A DNA stretch of 63,848 nt, the filler included, from Actinomycetota bacterium (GTDB lineage: Bacteria > Actinomycetota > Actinomycetes > JAKEEW01), in assembly GCA_046725875.1 (NCBI GenBank). It is 3 parts of 3 records of this genome, joined end to end, with 100 filler letters (N's around TTAATTAATTAA, not from the genome) between each part and the next. Parts side by side here need not be neighbours in the genome. Positions count along the whole stretch, not along the records: positions 24,300 to 55,395 come from JBKOZJ010000074.1; 2 more parts are not named here. One strand, written 5' to 3'. The position numbers were made by a program, and so were the translations under genes. Below the pieces are notes generated by a model that ran no database searches, had not been told where the DNA came from, and saw only the letters and a program-made list of their open reading frames with translations. Positions 39,799 through 48,989 of this stretch are shown piece by piece (within the stretch, counting starts at the first letter, position 1; the number at the start of each line of letters is the position of its first letter).

Positions 39799-39877
39799 CG
39801 CCACCCCTGCGCGTAGGACTTGTTGCCATGGAAGGGCACGCCGCAACGCCAAGGCCCGCCGCGCGCGGCCGTCGACA

Positions 39878-39897
39878 TACTGACTCATGAGTCAGTA
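39878..39897. promoter_or_regulatory. Palindromic operator, copy 3 (perfect)
   Basis: TACTGACTCATGAGTCAGTA, 20-bp perfect palindrome. Confidence 0.75.
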
Positions 39898-40100
39898 CGT
39901 AAGCCTGCCACGGGCCGGGACGCGACGAAAGCCCTCCCCGGCGCGCACCACGCGGTCGGGTTGGCGCAGTGGAGCGTTCGCACGTCGGGACATATTGTCG
40001 ATCGCGGGATTCCGGGCAGGTGGCCCGGAGGTACTTCCTGCGCATACAACGAGCCCGGAATGGACCGCGTCCCGCGGACCAGTGGAGCGGTGAGTCGGCA

Positions 40101-40775
40101 GTGCTAGTTATTGCACATCGGTTTGGGAACCAGGTCGCGGACCTTCGGGTAGCGCTGGACGCGGGTGTCGACCTCGTCGAGGCCGACGTTCACCTCTACC
40201 GGCGGGAGCTGGAGATACGGCACGAGAAGACGCTCGGTCCGCACCTGCTCTGGGACAAGGGTCAGCTAGTCCGACGCAAGGGAATGACCCTGCCCGATCT
40301 GGCCGCCGTTCTCGCCGAGCTCGGCGAAGACGACGCGCGCCTGATGCTCGACCTAAAGGGCATCCGCCGTAACCTCGCGCCGCAGGTCGCCCGACTGCTG
40401 CAGGCGCTCGTACCAGGGCTGCCGGTGACGGTTTGCACGAAGCACTGGTGGATGTTCGATGCGTTCGCCGGCGATCCGCACGTTCGCTTGGTGCCGTCGG
40501 CCGGTACTCGCGCACACCTCACCCGGTTGCGCCGCCGGCTTCGCATAGTCAAGGCGGTCGCCGGGCGCCGACCCTTCGCGCTTTCGCTTCGCCACACAAT
40601 CCTGACGCCGGCGGTCGTCGACGAGCTCCACCACACTGTGGACCGGATATTCGTTTGGCCGATCAACACCCGCTCGGACCTCGAGCATGCGCTTTCGCTT
40701 GGTGCAGACGGTGTAATCAGCAGAAACATCGAACTGCTCCGCGAGCTCGTCCAGGCACGGCGTTCGGCGGGTTAA
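40101..40775 (+). CDS. Glycerophosphodiester phosphodiesterase-like protein
   Basis: IAHR.GN, VEADVH, LDLKG, VWPIN...GADGVIS. Confidence 0.8.
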   Translation: MLVIAHRFGNQVADLRVALDAGVDLVEADVHLYRRELEIRHEKTLGPHLLWDKGQLVRRKGMTLPDLAAVLAELGEDDARLMLDLKGIRRNLAPQVARLLQALVPGLPVTVCTKHWWMFDAFAGDPHVRLVPSAGTRAHLTRLRRRLRIVKAVAGRRPFALSLRHTILTPAVVDELHHTVDRIFVWPINTRSDLEHALSLGADGVISRNIELLRELVQARRSAG

Positions 40776-40869
40776 CCGTTGGGGGGACAACGCCAAACCC
40801 CTAGCACTAAGGCACGTTATCCGAGCCGCAGGCGTTGGCGTCGGACGTCGCAACGGCGAGCCAGACCTA

Positions 40870-41895
40870 TCAGGCGGTGCTCGAGGCGGCCCAGATATTG
40901 ATCCCGGCATCGACAGCGTCGCGGTCGATCTGTGCAAGCTCATCGGCCGTGAGGTCGAGCCGGTCGATGGCGGCGACGTTCTGTTCGAGCTGCTGCATGC
41001 TACTCGCGCCGATCAGGACCGATGTGACGCGCGGGTCGCGCAGCGCCCAGGCGAGGGCAAGCTGGGCGAGCGTCTGCCCGCGCTCGGCCGCGACCGCGTT
41101 CAGCCCCCGTATGTGTCGCAAGGTCGACTCCGTCAGCATGTCGGTCGACAACGACGTGCCTTCGCTAGCTCGCGACCCCTGCGGCACACCGTTCAGATAG
41201 CGGTCGGTCAGCATGCCCTGTGCAAGCGGCGAGAAGGCGATACAGCCGATACCCTCCTCGCCGAGCACATCGAGCAGCCCGCCTTCGATCCACCGGTTGA
41301 GCATCGAGTAGGACGGCTGGTGGATCAGCAAGGGGGTGCCCAGCGACCGCAGGATCGCGGCCGCCTGACGGGTGTGCGCGGCGGAGTAGGACGAGATGCC
41401 GGCATAAAGCGCGCGACCCGACCGGACCGCCGTATCCAGCGCGCCAAGCGTCTCCTCGAGCGGCGTGTCCGGATCGAAGCGGTGGCTGTAGAAGATGTCG
41501 ACGTAATCCAGGCCCATCCTGGCCAGCGACTGATCGAGGCTGGCGAGCAGATACTTGCGTGATCCCCACTCGCCGTATGGCCCGGGCCACATGTCATAGC
41601 CCGCCTTGGTCGAGATGATCAGCTCGTCGCGGTAGCGGCGCAGGTCCTCGCGGAGAATCCCGCCGAAGTTGATTTCGGCGCTGCCATACGGCGGCCCGTA
41701 GTTGTTCGCCAGGTCGAAATGCGTGATGCCCAGGTCGAACGCGCGCCGGAGAATGGCGCGCTGGGTGTCGAGCGGCCGGTCGTCCCCGAAGTTGTGCCAA
41801 AGGCCGAGCGAGATCACCGGCAGCTTCACGCCGCTCCGGCCACACCGCCGGTAGGGCAGCCGCTCATACCGCTTCTCGTCCGCGACGTACGTCAT
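40870..41895 (-). CDS. mgrA: L-glyceraldehyde 3-phosphate reductase (aldo-keto reductase)
   Basis: SLGLWHNFG, HFDLANNYGPPYGSAE, ISTKAGYDMWPGPYG, DIFYSHR. Confidence 0.9.
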   Translation of the reverse strand: MTYVADEKRYERLPYRRCGRSGVKLPVISLGLWHNFGDDRPLDTQRAILRRAFDLGITHFDLANNYGPPYGSAEINFGGILREDLRRYRDELIISTKAGYDMWPGPYGEWGSRKYLLASLDQSLARMGLDYVDIFYSHRFDPDTPLEETLGALDTAVRSGRALYAGISSYSAAHTRQAAAILRSLGTPLLIHQPSYSMLNRWIEGGLLDVLGEEGIGCIAFSPLAQGMLTDRYLNGVPQGSRASEGTSLSTDMLTESTLRHIRGLNAVAAERGQTLAQLALAWALRDPRVTSVLIGASSMQQLEQNVAAIDRLDLTADELAQIDRDAVDAGINIWAASSTA

Positions 41896-41987
41896 GAGTC
41901 CCGAGTCTGTCACCAAGTGAAAGCGCCGCGGGGAGCGAGGCGTGGCCGCTACTGCTGGGTCCGTTTCTAGATCAACCAAAGAAGGCC

Positions 41988-42007
41988 TTGCAAAGGATTC
42001 TTTCCAA
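41988..42007. promoter_or_regulatory. Imperfect palindrome, probable autoregulatory operator
   Basis: TTGCAAAG-GATT-CTTTCCAA just upstream of the wHTH gene. Confidence 0.45.
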
Positions 42008-42023
42008 ACTTATGTTTGGATAC

Positions 42024-42731
42024 ATGCCAGAACCGAAGACGCCTCGCACTGTAGAGCTAACCGATCCGCGTGCACTCCGCGGCATGGCCCATCCGCTGCG
42101 ACTCGCGCTAGTAGGACTGCTGCGCCGGGAGGGCCCACTCACCGCCACACAGGCGGCCAAGCTGCTCGACGTCAGCGACGCGCTGTGCTCCTTCCATCTC
42201 CGGCAGCTCGCAAAGTACGGCCTGGTCGAGGAGGCGGGGGGCGGCCGCGGTCGGGAGCGGCCTTGGCGCGCGACGGCGCTGTTCACCCAATGGCCCGGCA
42301 AGACCCCCACTCCCGAACTGGCGGCGGCCACCGAGCTGCTGGAGACCTTGATCGCGACGCGTTACTTCGAGCAGCTCACGGCGTGGATCGGCCGCAAGCC
42401 GAGCGAGCCACCGGAGTGGCAGGAAGCCGCGGAGTTCGGGGACAACATCCTCTACCTGACCGCTGCGGAGCTCGCCGAGCTCGACCAGGCGATCGACGCG
42501 CTCCTCGAGCCTTTCGTGCACCGCCTGCAGGACCGGGATGCCCGGCCTCCCGGCGCTCGCCAGGTCACGATGCTGCGGCTCGCCTTCCCGTACGTCGGCC
42601 CAAGTGGCTCGGCCCTGACCAGACCGCAGGCGGAGCCGACTCGTCCGGACATGAGCGCCGGCCCAGCGGACGAGGAGCAAGCGTCGCCCGCGGAGGTGGC
42701 TCGGCGTGAGCCTCGGGGGGCAGACTCGTGA
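42024..42731 (+). CDS. ArsR-like winged-helix transcriptional regulator
   Basis: ALRGMAHPLRL, TATQAA...CSFHLRQLAKYGLVEE, RERPW. Confidence 0.88.
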   Translation: MPEPKTPRTVELTDPRALRGMAHPLRLALVGLLRREGPLTATQAAKLLDVSDALCSFHLRQLAKYGLVEEAGGGRGRERPWRATALFTQWPGKTPTPELAAATELLETLIATRYFEQLTAWIGRKPSEPPEWQEAAEFGDNILYLTAAELAELDQAIDALLEPFVHRLQDRDARPPGARQVTMLRLAFPYVGPSGSALTRPQAEPTRPDMSAGPADEEQASPAEVARREPRGADS

Positions 42732-44797
42732 ACCGCCGAGTGCATGTGTTCAGCCGCGGACGCCTCGCGCCACCTGTGCTGCGGGAGAACATGGAGTTCC
42801 GGTGGCTGTGGGTCGGCCAGTCTGTCTCCCAGATTGGCGATCAGGTCACGCTGATCGCCCTGCCACTGGTGGGCGTTCTGGCACTCGACGCCAACGCGGC
42901 ACAGATGGGCTATCTGGCCGCGGCCGGCCTCGCGCCGAACCTGCTATTCGCCCTGCACGCCGGTGCTCTCGTCGACCGTTTCGGCCGGCGCCGGCAGGTG
43001 ATGATTGCGGCTGATGTTGGCCGCGCTGTCCTGGCTGCGACCGTTCCACTCGGGTACGTTACCGGCCAGCTCTCGCTCGGGCTGCTCTACGTGATCGCGT
43101 TCCTCACCGGAACGCTCAGTGTTGTCTTCGCCGTGTCATACAGCACGCTCTTCGTCTCCGTACTCCCTCGCCATCAGTTCGTCGAAGGCCAGTCAATGCT
43201 GAACGGGAGCCGGGCGATGTCGTTCGTGATAGGCCCGAGCATCGGGGGATGGCTCGTACAGCTGCTGACCGCCCCCGTCGCGTTGCTCGCCGACGCAATG
43301 TCCTTCGTTGGCTCGGCGCTTTGCCTGCGCCGCATCAAGCCAACCGAGCCGCCGACGTCGGCCCGTGAGCGCGGGCAAATCGTCGCCGGCGCCCGCTTTA
43401 TCGCCCGGTCCGCAATCATGCGGGCATCGCTCCTGGCGACCGCGACGGTGAACTACTTCAACTTCGTTCTGTGGGCCATCCTCGTTCTGTACGTGACCCG
43501 AGCGCTGCACATCACCCCAGGGACGCTCGGGCTGATCCTCGGCGCAGCCTCGACCGGCGGCCTGCTCGGTTCGATTGTGACCGCACGGATCGGGCGACGA
43601 ATCGGCATCGGCCCGACCTACATCCTCGGCTGCGTGCTCTTCACGGTGCCGCTGCTGCTCGTACCGCTCGCCGGCGGACCGCGGGCGCTCGTGGTCGCGA
43701 TGTTGCTGGCCGCGGAGTTCGCGTCTGGATTCGGCGTGATGCTGCTCGACATCAGCGCAGGTTCGATCTTCGCCGGGCTCATCCCAGACACGCTGCGCGC
43801 CCGCGTCTCGGGTGCATACATGCTGGTGAACTATGGCGTGCGGCCGCTTGGATCGCTCACGGGTGGCGTACTGGGCAGCGCGCTCGGTCTCCGACCGACG
43901 CTGTGGATCGCAGCCGCAGGTGCCGTAGTCGGCGTGCTGTGGCTGCTGCCCTCACCCGTCCGTCGCATCCGGACCGTGCCTGACCCAGCGCAGCCGGCGG
44001 GTCGGGATGAGCTACGCGGCGACTCCGACCGGGCGGAAGCGACGGCCGGTCACCTGCTCGGAGATGCCCGTCCGGTCCAGGTAGGGCGTGATTCCACCGA
44101 GGTGGAACGGCCAGCCGGCGCCGAGGATCATGCAAAGGTCGATGTCCTGCGGCTCCGCGACGACCCCCTCATCGAGCATCATGCGGATCTCCTCGGCGAG
44201 GGCTCGCAGTGCGCGGGATCGCACCCCCTCCGCGGTCAGCGCCGTCGTTCCGGTCTCGAACAACGCGGCCACCTCGGGATCGACGACCGGCCTGCCCTCG
44301 GGCCAGATGTAGATGCCCGGCCGGCCCGCGGATACCAGCCGACGCAGGTTCGCCGAGACGCGGTACCGGTCCGGGAACGCCTCGTGCATCGTCTCGGCCA
44401 CATGCAAAGCGACGGCCGGTCCAACAAGCTGCAGGAGCACGAACGGCGACATCGGCAACCCGAGCGGGTCCAGCGCCCGGTCGGCGACCTCGATCGGGGT
44501 GCCCTCGTCAGCCGCCGCGGTCACCTCGCCGAGAAATCGGGTGAGCAACCTGTTCACCACGAACGCGGGAGAGTCGTTAACCAAGACGCACGATTTCTTC
44601 AGGGTCTTTCCAACTGCCAAAGCCGTCGCGAGCGTTGCGTCGTCGGTGCGATCGGCCCGCACGACCTCGAGCAACGGCAGCACGGCCACCGGATTGAAGA
44701 AATGGCATCCGACGACCCGCTCCGGGTGCGCGAGCTTCGATGCCATCTCCGTCACCGACAACGACGAGGTGTTGCTGGCCAGCACGCAGGTCGGTGA
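42728..44797 (+). CDS. MFS transporter (about 12 TM, domain ends near 44000); frame runs on antisense into fadB
   Basis: FRWLWVGQSVS.IGD, AGALVDRFGRRRQVMI, PDTLRARV; no in-frame stop until 44797. Confidence 0.8.
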   Translation: MNRRVHVFSRGRLAPPVLRENMEFRWLWVGQSVSQIGDQVTLIALPLVGVLALDANAAQMGYLAAAGLAPNLLFALHAGALVDRFGRRRQVMIAADVGRAVLAATVPLGYVTGQLSLGLLYVIAFLTGTLSVVFAVSYSTLFVSVLPRHQFVEGQSMLNGSRAMSFVIGPSIGGWLVQLLTAPVALLADAMSFVGSALCLRRIKPTEPPTSARERGQIVAGARFIARSAIMRASLLATATVNYFNFVLWAILVLYVTRALHITPGTLGLILGAASTGGLLGSIVTARIGRRIGIGPTYILGCVLFTVPLLLVPLAGGPRALVVAMLLAAEFASGFGVMLLDISAGSIFAGLIPDTLRARVSGAYMLVNYGVRPLGSLTGGVLGSALGLRPTLWIAAAGAVVGVLWLLPSPVRRIRTVPDPAQPAGRDELRGDSDRAEATAGHLLGDARPVQVGRDSTEVERPAGAEDHAKVDVLRLRDDPLIEHHADLLGEGSQCAGSHPLRGQRRRSGLEQRGHLGIDDRPALGPDVDARPARGYQPTQVRRDAVPVRERLVHRLGHMQSDGRSNKLQEHERRHRQPERVQRPVGDLDRGALVSRRGHLAEKSGEQPVHHERGRVVNQDARFLQGLSNCQSRRERCVVGAIGPHDLEQRQHGHRIEEMASDDPLRVRELRCHLRHRQRRGVAGQHAGR

Positions 44798-46183
44798 GAC
44801 GACGGCTTCCATCTCGGCAAAGACCTGCTGCTTGACCTTCATCTCCTCGAAGACTGCCTCGATGACAAAGTCGGCGTCCGCGAACGGGCTCTTCGACAAC
44901 GACCCGCTTACCAGGCTGTGCAGCTTCGCCGCCTTGCCGGCCGTTATCCGACCCCTTCCCGCCAGCTTGTCGATTTCGCCGTGGACGTACTCGAGACCTG
45001 AGTCGATCCGTCCTTGGTCGATATCCGTCAGCGCGACCGGCACTTCAAGCCGCCGTACGAACAGGAGCGCGAGCTGCGAAGCCATCAGGCCGGCCCCGAT
45101 GACGCCGACCTTGGCGACTGGACGGGCAAGCTCGGCCGGTGGCGCACCCACCGGCCGCCGGGCGCGCTTCTGGACCAAGTCGAAGGCGTAGAGCGAGGCA
45201 CCTAGCTCGGGCCCGGTCAGCAGGTCCGCCAGGGCCTCGTCCTCCGCGGCGAATCCTTCGTCTCGGGTCCTGGTCCGGGCCGCGTCGATGAGCTCGACAG
45301 CTTTGTACGGGGCCGGCGCGGCACCGTGCAGCTTGGCATCGACGAAGGCACGGCCACGGGCGACGGCGGCGGTCCAGGCCTCCTCGCGATCGGGCTCCGT
45401 CCGCGATACGGCGAGCTCGCCGGTCAACACGCCGGCGGCCCATCGCAGCGACTGCTCAAGGAAATCGGCCGGTTCGAACAACGCATCGGCGATGCCGAGC
45501 TTGAGCGCCTGCGGACCGCGCAGCATCTTGTTCTGGTTCAGGGCGTTCTCGATGATGACGGTGACAGCTGCGTCGGCGCCGATCAGATTGGGCAGCAGGT
45601 AAGTGCCGCCCCATCCGGGCAGCAGGCCGAGGAAGCACTCCGGGAACGCCAGCGCGGTAACGCCGCCGGAGACCGTTCGATAGGTGCAGTGCAACGCCAC
45701 CTCGAGGCCGCCACCAAGCGCGGCGCCGTTGACGAACCCGAAGGTTGGAATCACCCGCCCGTCCGCGGCGAGGACGCCACGCTGACCACCCTCGCCTGTC
45801 TCACCGAGGCGCCGGAAAACGTCGTGACCGGTGCGGGCGATCGCCAACGCTTCGTTGCGGTTGCTGACTAGCGGAACCCCGGTCAGGTCCGCACCGACGG
45901 CGAATATGAACGGCTTGCCCGTGATACCGATGCCCACCACGTCGGAGGCCGCGGCCTCGGTGATCGCCGCGTCCAGCGAGCGCAGCCCGCCCGGGCCGAA
46001 CGTGTTGGGTTTGGTGTGGTCGTGTCCGTTGTCGAGGGTGATGAGCGCGAAGCGTCCCACTCCATCCGGAAGGTCCACATAGCGCAGCAGGGACCTGGTG
46101 ACGACCTCGTCTGGATACTCGAGCATCACCGGGGCTTCCATGGGGGCACCCCCCTGCGTTCTCGACGTCGGCGAGGTGGTCAT
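44012..46183 (-). CDS. fadB: Fatty acid oxidation complex alpha subunit (enoyl-CoA hydratase/3-hydroxyacyl-CoA dehydrogenase)
   Basis: FAVGADL, ALGGGLE, GVIGAGLMA, IEAVFEE, SNTSSL, HFFNP. Confidence 0.93.
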   Translation of the reverse strand: MTTSPTSRTQGGAPMEAPVMLEYPDEVVTRSLLRYVDLPDGVGRFALITLDNGHDHTKPNTFGPGGLRSLDAAITEAAASDVVGIGITGKPFIFAVGADLTGVPLVSNRNEALAIARTGHDVFRRLGETGEGGQRGVLAADGRVIPTFGFVNGAALGGGLEVALHCTYRTVSGGVTALAFPECFLGLLPGWGGTYLLPNLIGADAAVTVIIENALNQNKMLRGPQALKLGIADALFEPADFLEQSLRWAAGVLTGELAVSRTEPDREEAWTAAVARGRAFVDAKLHGAAPAPYKAVELIDAARTRTRDEGFAAEDEALADLLTGPELGASLYAFDLVQKRARRPVGAPPAELARPVAKVGVIGAGLMASQLALLFVRRLEVPVALTDIDQGRIDSGLEYVHGEIDKLAGRGRITAGKAAKLHSLVSGSLSKSPFADADFVIEAVFEEMKVKQQVFAEMEAVVSPTCVLASNTSSLSVTEMASKLAHPERVVGCHFFNPVAVLPLLEVVRADRTDDATLATALAVGKTLKKSCVLVNDSPAFVVNRLLTRFLGEVTAAADEGTPIEVADRALDPLGLPMSPFVLLQLVGPAVALHVAETMHEAFPDRYRVSANLRRLVSAGRPGIYIWPEGRPVVDPEVAALFETGTTALTAEGVRSRALRALAEEIRMMLDEGVVAEPQDIDLCMILGAGWPFHLGGITPYLDRTGISEQVTGRRFRPVGVAA

Positions 46184-47463
46184 GCTTTGTCCTCCGTTGC
46201 CGCCCCGGCGGGCCCCGTCGTCTCAGGCTCTGCCGTCTCAGGCTGGGTTGTCTCAGGCTGGACCGGCGCGCCCGACCATGCCGGGTTCTCCCAGATCACC
46301 GACCCGCCCATGCCGATGCCGACGCACATCGTTGTCAATCCGTACCGCACCTCTGGGTGCCTCTCGAGATGCCGCGCAAGCTGCGTCATGAGCCGTACAC
46401 CAGAGGACGCGAGCGGGTGGCCGACCGCGATCGCGCCGCCCCACGGGTTCACCCGCGGGTCGTCGTCGGGGACGCCGAAGTGGTCGAGGAACGCGAGCAC
46501 CTGCACGGCGAAGGCCTCGTTGATCTCGATGAGGCCGATGTCGTCGATGGTGAGCCCGGCCTTGGCGAGGGCCTTCTCCGTGGCGGGCAGGGGCCCGACT
46601 CCCATCACCTCCGGCTCGACGCCGGCAAAGGCGTAGGAGACAAGCCGCATCCGCACCGGCAGCCCGAGCTCGCGGGCCACATCCTCGGCCGCCAGCAGGC
46701 ACGCAGTGGCGCCGTCGTTCAGTCCGGCCGAGTTGCCCGCGGTGACCTTGCCGTGCGGTCGGAACGGTGTCTTGAGTCCCGCCAACCCATCCATCGTGGT
46801 GCCCGGTCGCGGCTGTTCGTCCGCCGTGGCGAGTCCCCAGCCCTGCTCGGAGCTGCGCGCCGCGATCGGGACGAGATCCTCCTGGATCTTGCCGTCCGCG
46901 TAGGCCTTGGCGAGCCGCTCCTGGCTTGCCACAGCGAACGCGTCGGCGCGCTCCTTGGTGATGTGGGGGTAGCGGTCGTGCAGGTTCTCTGCCGTCTGGC
47001 CCATGACGAGCGCCGAGGGGTCGACAAGGTTCTCGGCGATGATGCGGGGGTTCGGGTCGACACCCTCACCCATCGGGTGGTGGCCCATGTGCTCGACCCC
47101 GCCGGCAACCACCACGTCGTACGCCCCGAACGCAATACCGGCGGCGGTCGTAGTAACCGCGGTCATCGCACCGGCACACATGCGGTCTATCGCGTAACCC
47201 GGTGTCGACACAGGCAGGCCGGCGAGCAGCGCCGCGGTCCGGCCGATGGTCAGCCCCTGGTCGCCGATCTGGGTGGTGGCAGCGACCGCGACGTCGTCGA
47301 TTCGCTCCGGCGGCAGGTTCGGGTTGCGCCGCATCAGCTCCCTGATGCACTTGATCACGAGATCGTCGGCCCGGGTCTCGGCGTAAAGGCCGGTCTCACC
47401 GGCCTTGCCGAAGGGCGTACGGACACCGTCGACGAAGACGACGTCCCTAACGGTACGAGGCAC
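46180..47463 (-). CDS. fadA: Acetyl-CoA acyltransferase (thiolase)
   Basis: RTPFGK, DRMCAG, INEAFA, GGAIAVGHPL, TMCVGIGMG. Confidence 0.95.
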   Translation of the reverse strand: MPRTVRDVVFVDGVRTPFGKAGETGLYAETRADDLVIKCIRELMRRNPNLPPERIDDVAVAATTQIGDQGLTIGRTAALLAGLPVSTPGYAIDRMCAGAMTAVTTTAAGIAFGAYDVVVAGGVEHMGHHPMGEGVDPNPRIIAENLVDPSALVMGQTAENLHDRYPHITKERADAFAVASQERLAKAYADGKIQEDLVPIAARSSEQGWGLATADEQPRPGTTMDGLAGLKTPFRPHGKVTAGNSAGLNDGATACLLAAEDVARELGLPVRMRLVSYAFAGVEPEVMGVGPLPATEKALAKAGLTIDDIGLIEINEAFAVQVLAFLDHFGVPDDDPRVNPWGGAIAVGHPLASSGVRLMTQLARHLERHPEVRYGLTTMCVGIGMGGSVIWENPAWSGAPVQPETTQPETAEPETTGPAGAATEDKA

Positions 47464-47511
47464 GCGGCTCTCCTCCGCTCACTGCTTCACATGGACAGAC
47501 CTACCGTCCGA

Positions 47512-47529
47512 TGCTACTCGCGAGTAACA
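47512..47529. promoter_or_regulatory. Palindromic operator upstream of fadA-fadB
   Basis: TGCTACTCGCGAGTAACA (16/18 symmetric). Confidence 0.6.
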
Positions 47530-47600
47530 AGCTGTTTCCAGGTCGCCAGGCCTGGGAGGACCTTCCGTCAGAAGCGCCCGGCCCGGAGCATCGAGTGAGA

Positions 47601-48842
47601 TCAGGACTGGCGGGTCTGCAACCTAATCAATGCCCGCGAGATGACCTTCGCGGTCAGCTCGATCTGCCAGGGCCTGGCTCCCAGGCCGTTGAGCGCCCTT
47701 GCCACTGCCTCGGGCGTGGGATCCCGAGGCGGATCCCAGGCGAGCCGGCGCACTGCGTCCGGAGCAAGCAGGTTCTCCGAGGGGAGTGTGTGCTCATCCG
47801 CTATCGCCGCGACACCCGACCGCAGTGAGGTGAGCCGGTCGGCGGCCGGCGGATCCCGCTCCGGCCACGAGCGGGCCGGCGGCGGTCCGTCCGCCGGTGG
47901 CGCCGGCTCGGGCAGCTGGTCGTCCGGCAAAGAGAGCGCGGCCGCGATCGCGGCGTACCACTTGTCGAGGTCACGCCGGGCGCCCCGGTTGCCATAGGTG
48001 GGCAGCTCGGCCAGTGCGGTCCGTGAGCGCGGCATTGCCAGCGCGGCCTCGATGATCGCCGCGTCGGCGAGCACCCGTCCCGGAGACGTATCGCGGCCCC
48101 GGGCGAGCCGATCTCGGGCCTCCCAGAGCGCGCGCACCACAGCCAACTGGCGCGGGCGGCGGGTCTTGTGGATTCCTGAGGTACGACGCCACGGGTCGGG
48201 TCGCGGCGAGGGCAGCGGAGCATCGACGATCGCAGCGAACTCCTGCCTCGCCCATTCCTCCTTGCCCGCTTCTCGCAGCTGGGTGTCGAGCGCATCGCGA
48301 AGATCGAGCAGTAGCTCGACATCGAGGGCTGCATAGCGCAGCCATGACTCGGGCACGGGGCGGGTCGACCAGTCGACCGCAGAATGTCCCTTCTCGAGGG
48401 TGTAACCGAGCACCATCTCGACCATCGGAGCGAGCCCCACCCGCTGATAGCCGAGCAGCCGGCCGGCGAGCTCGGTATCGAACAAAGAGCTGGGCCGCAT
48501 GCCAACCCCGGCCAAACACGGCAGGTCCTGGGCCGCGGCGTGCAGCACCCACTCGACGCCGGACAAGACGGTGTGGAGGTCGGTCAGGTCCGGGCAGGCG
48601 ATCGGGTCGATGATCGCCGTGCCCGAGCCGGCCCGGCGGAGCTGGACAAGGTAAGCCCGCTGCCCGTAGCGGTATCCCGAGGCCCGCTCGGCGTCGATTG
48701 CCACCGGTCCGGCGCCGCGCGCGGCGGCCCGCACCGCGGCGACCAGTGCGCGCTCGTCCGCGATCACCGTGGGGAGCCCATCCCGGGGCTCGAGCAGTGG
48801 TACCGGCGCCGATCCGTCGATCTTCTCGGGAGCGCTGGTCAC
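47601..48842 (-). CDS. rnd: Ribonuclease D (3'-5' exonuclease plus HRDC)
   Basis: AIDAERASG, LHAA.QDL, FDTELA, YAALDVE. Confidence 0.92.
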   Translation of the reverse strand: MTSAPEKIDGSAPVPLLEPRDGLPTVIADERALVAAVRAAARGAGPVAIDAERASGYRYGQRAYLVQLRRAGSGTAIIDPIACPDLTDLHTVLSGVEWVLHAAAQDLPCLAGVGMRPSSLFDTELAGRLLGYQRVGLAPMVEMVLGYTLEKGHSAVDWSTRPVPESWLRYAALDVELLLDLRDALDTQLREAGKEEWARQEFAAIVDAPLPSPRPDPWRRTSGIHKTRRPRQLAVVRALWEARDRLARGRDTSPGRVLADAAIIEAALAMPRSRTALAELPTYGNRGARRDLDKWYAAIAAALSLPDDQLPEPAPPADGPPPARSWPERDPPAADRLTSLRSGVAAIADEHTLPSENLLAPDAVRRLAWDPPRDPTPEAVARALNGLGARPWQIELTAKVISRALIRLQTRQS

Positions 48843-48989
48843 GGTCTCACCGTACGACCCGGCGCCCGACGATGTTTTGATCGCTCCGCTCCAGAACTCC
48901 GCGCGACCCCGCCCTCGTGGCTGATCGCCGGAACGTCCGGCGAGGTGAGCACAGGCGGCTCGCCGGAGCACTCTCTCGGGGCGAGATGA

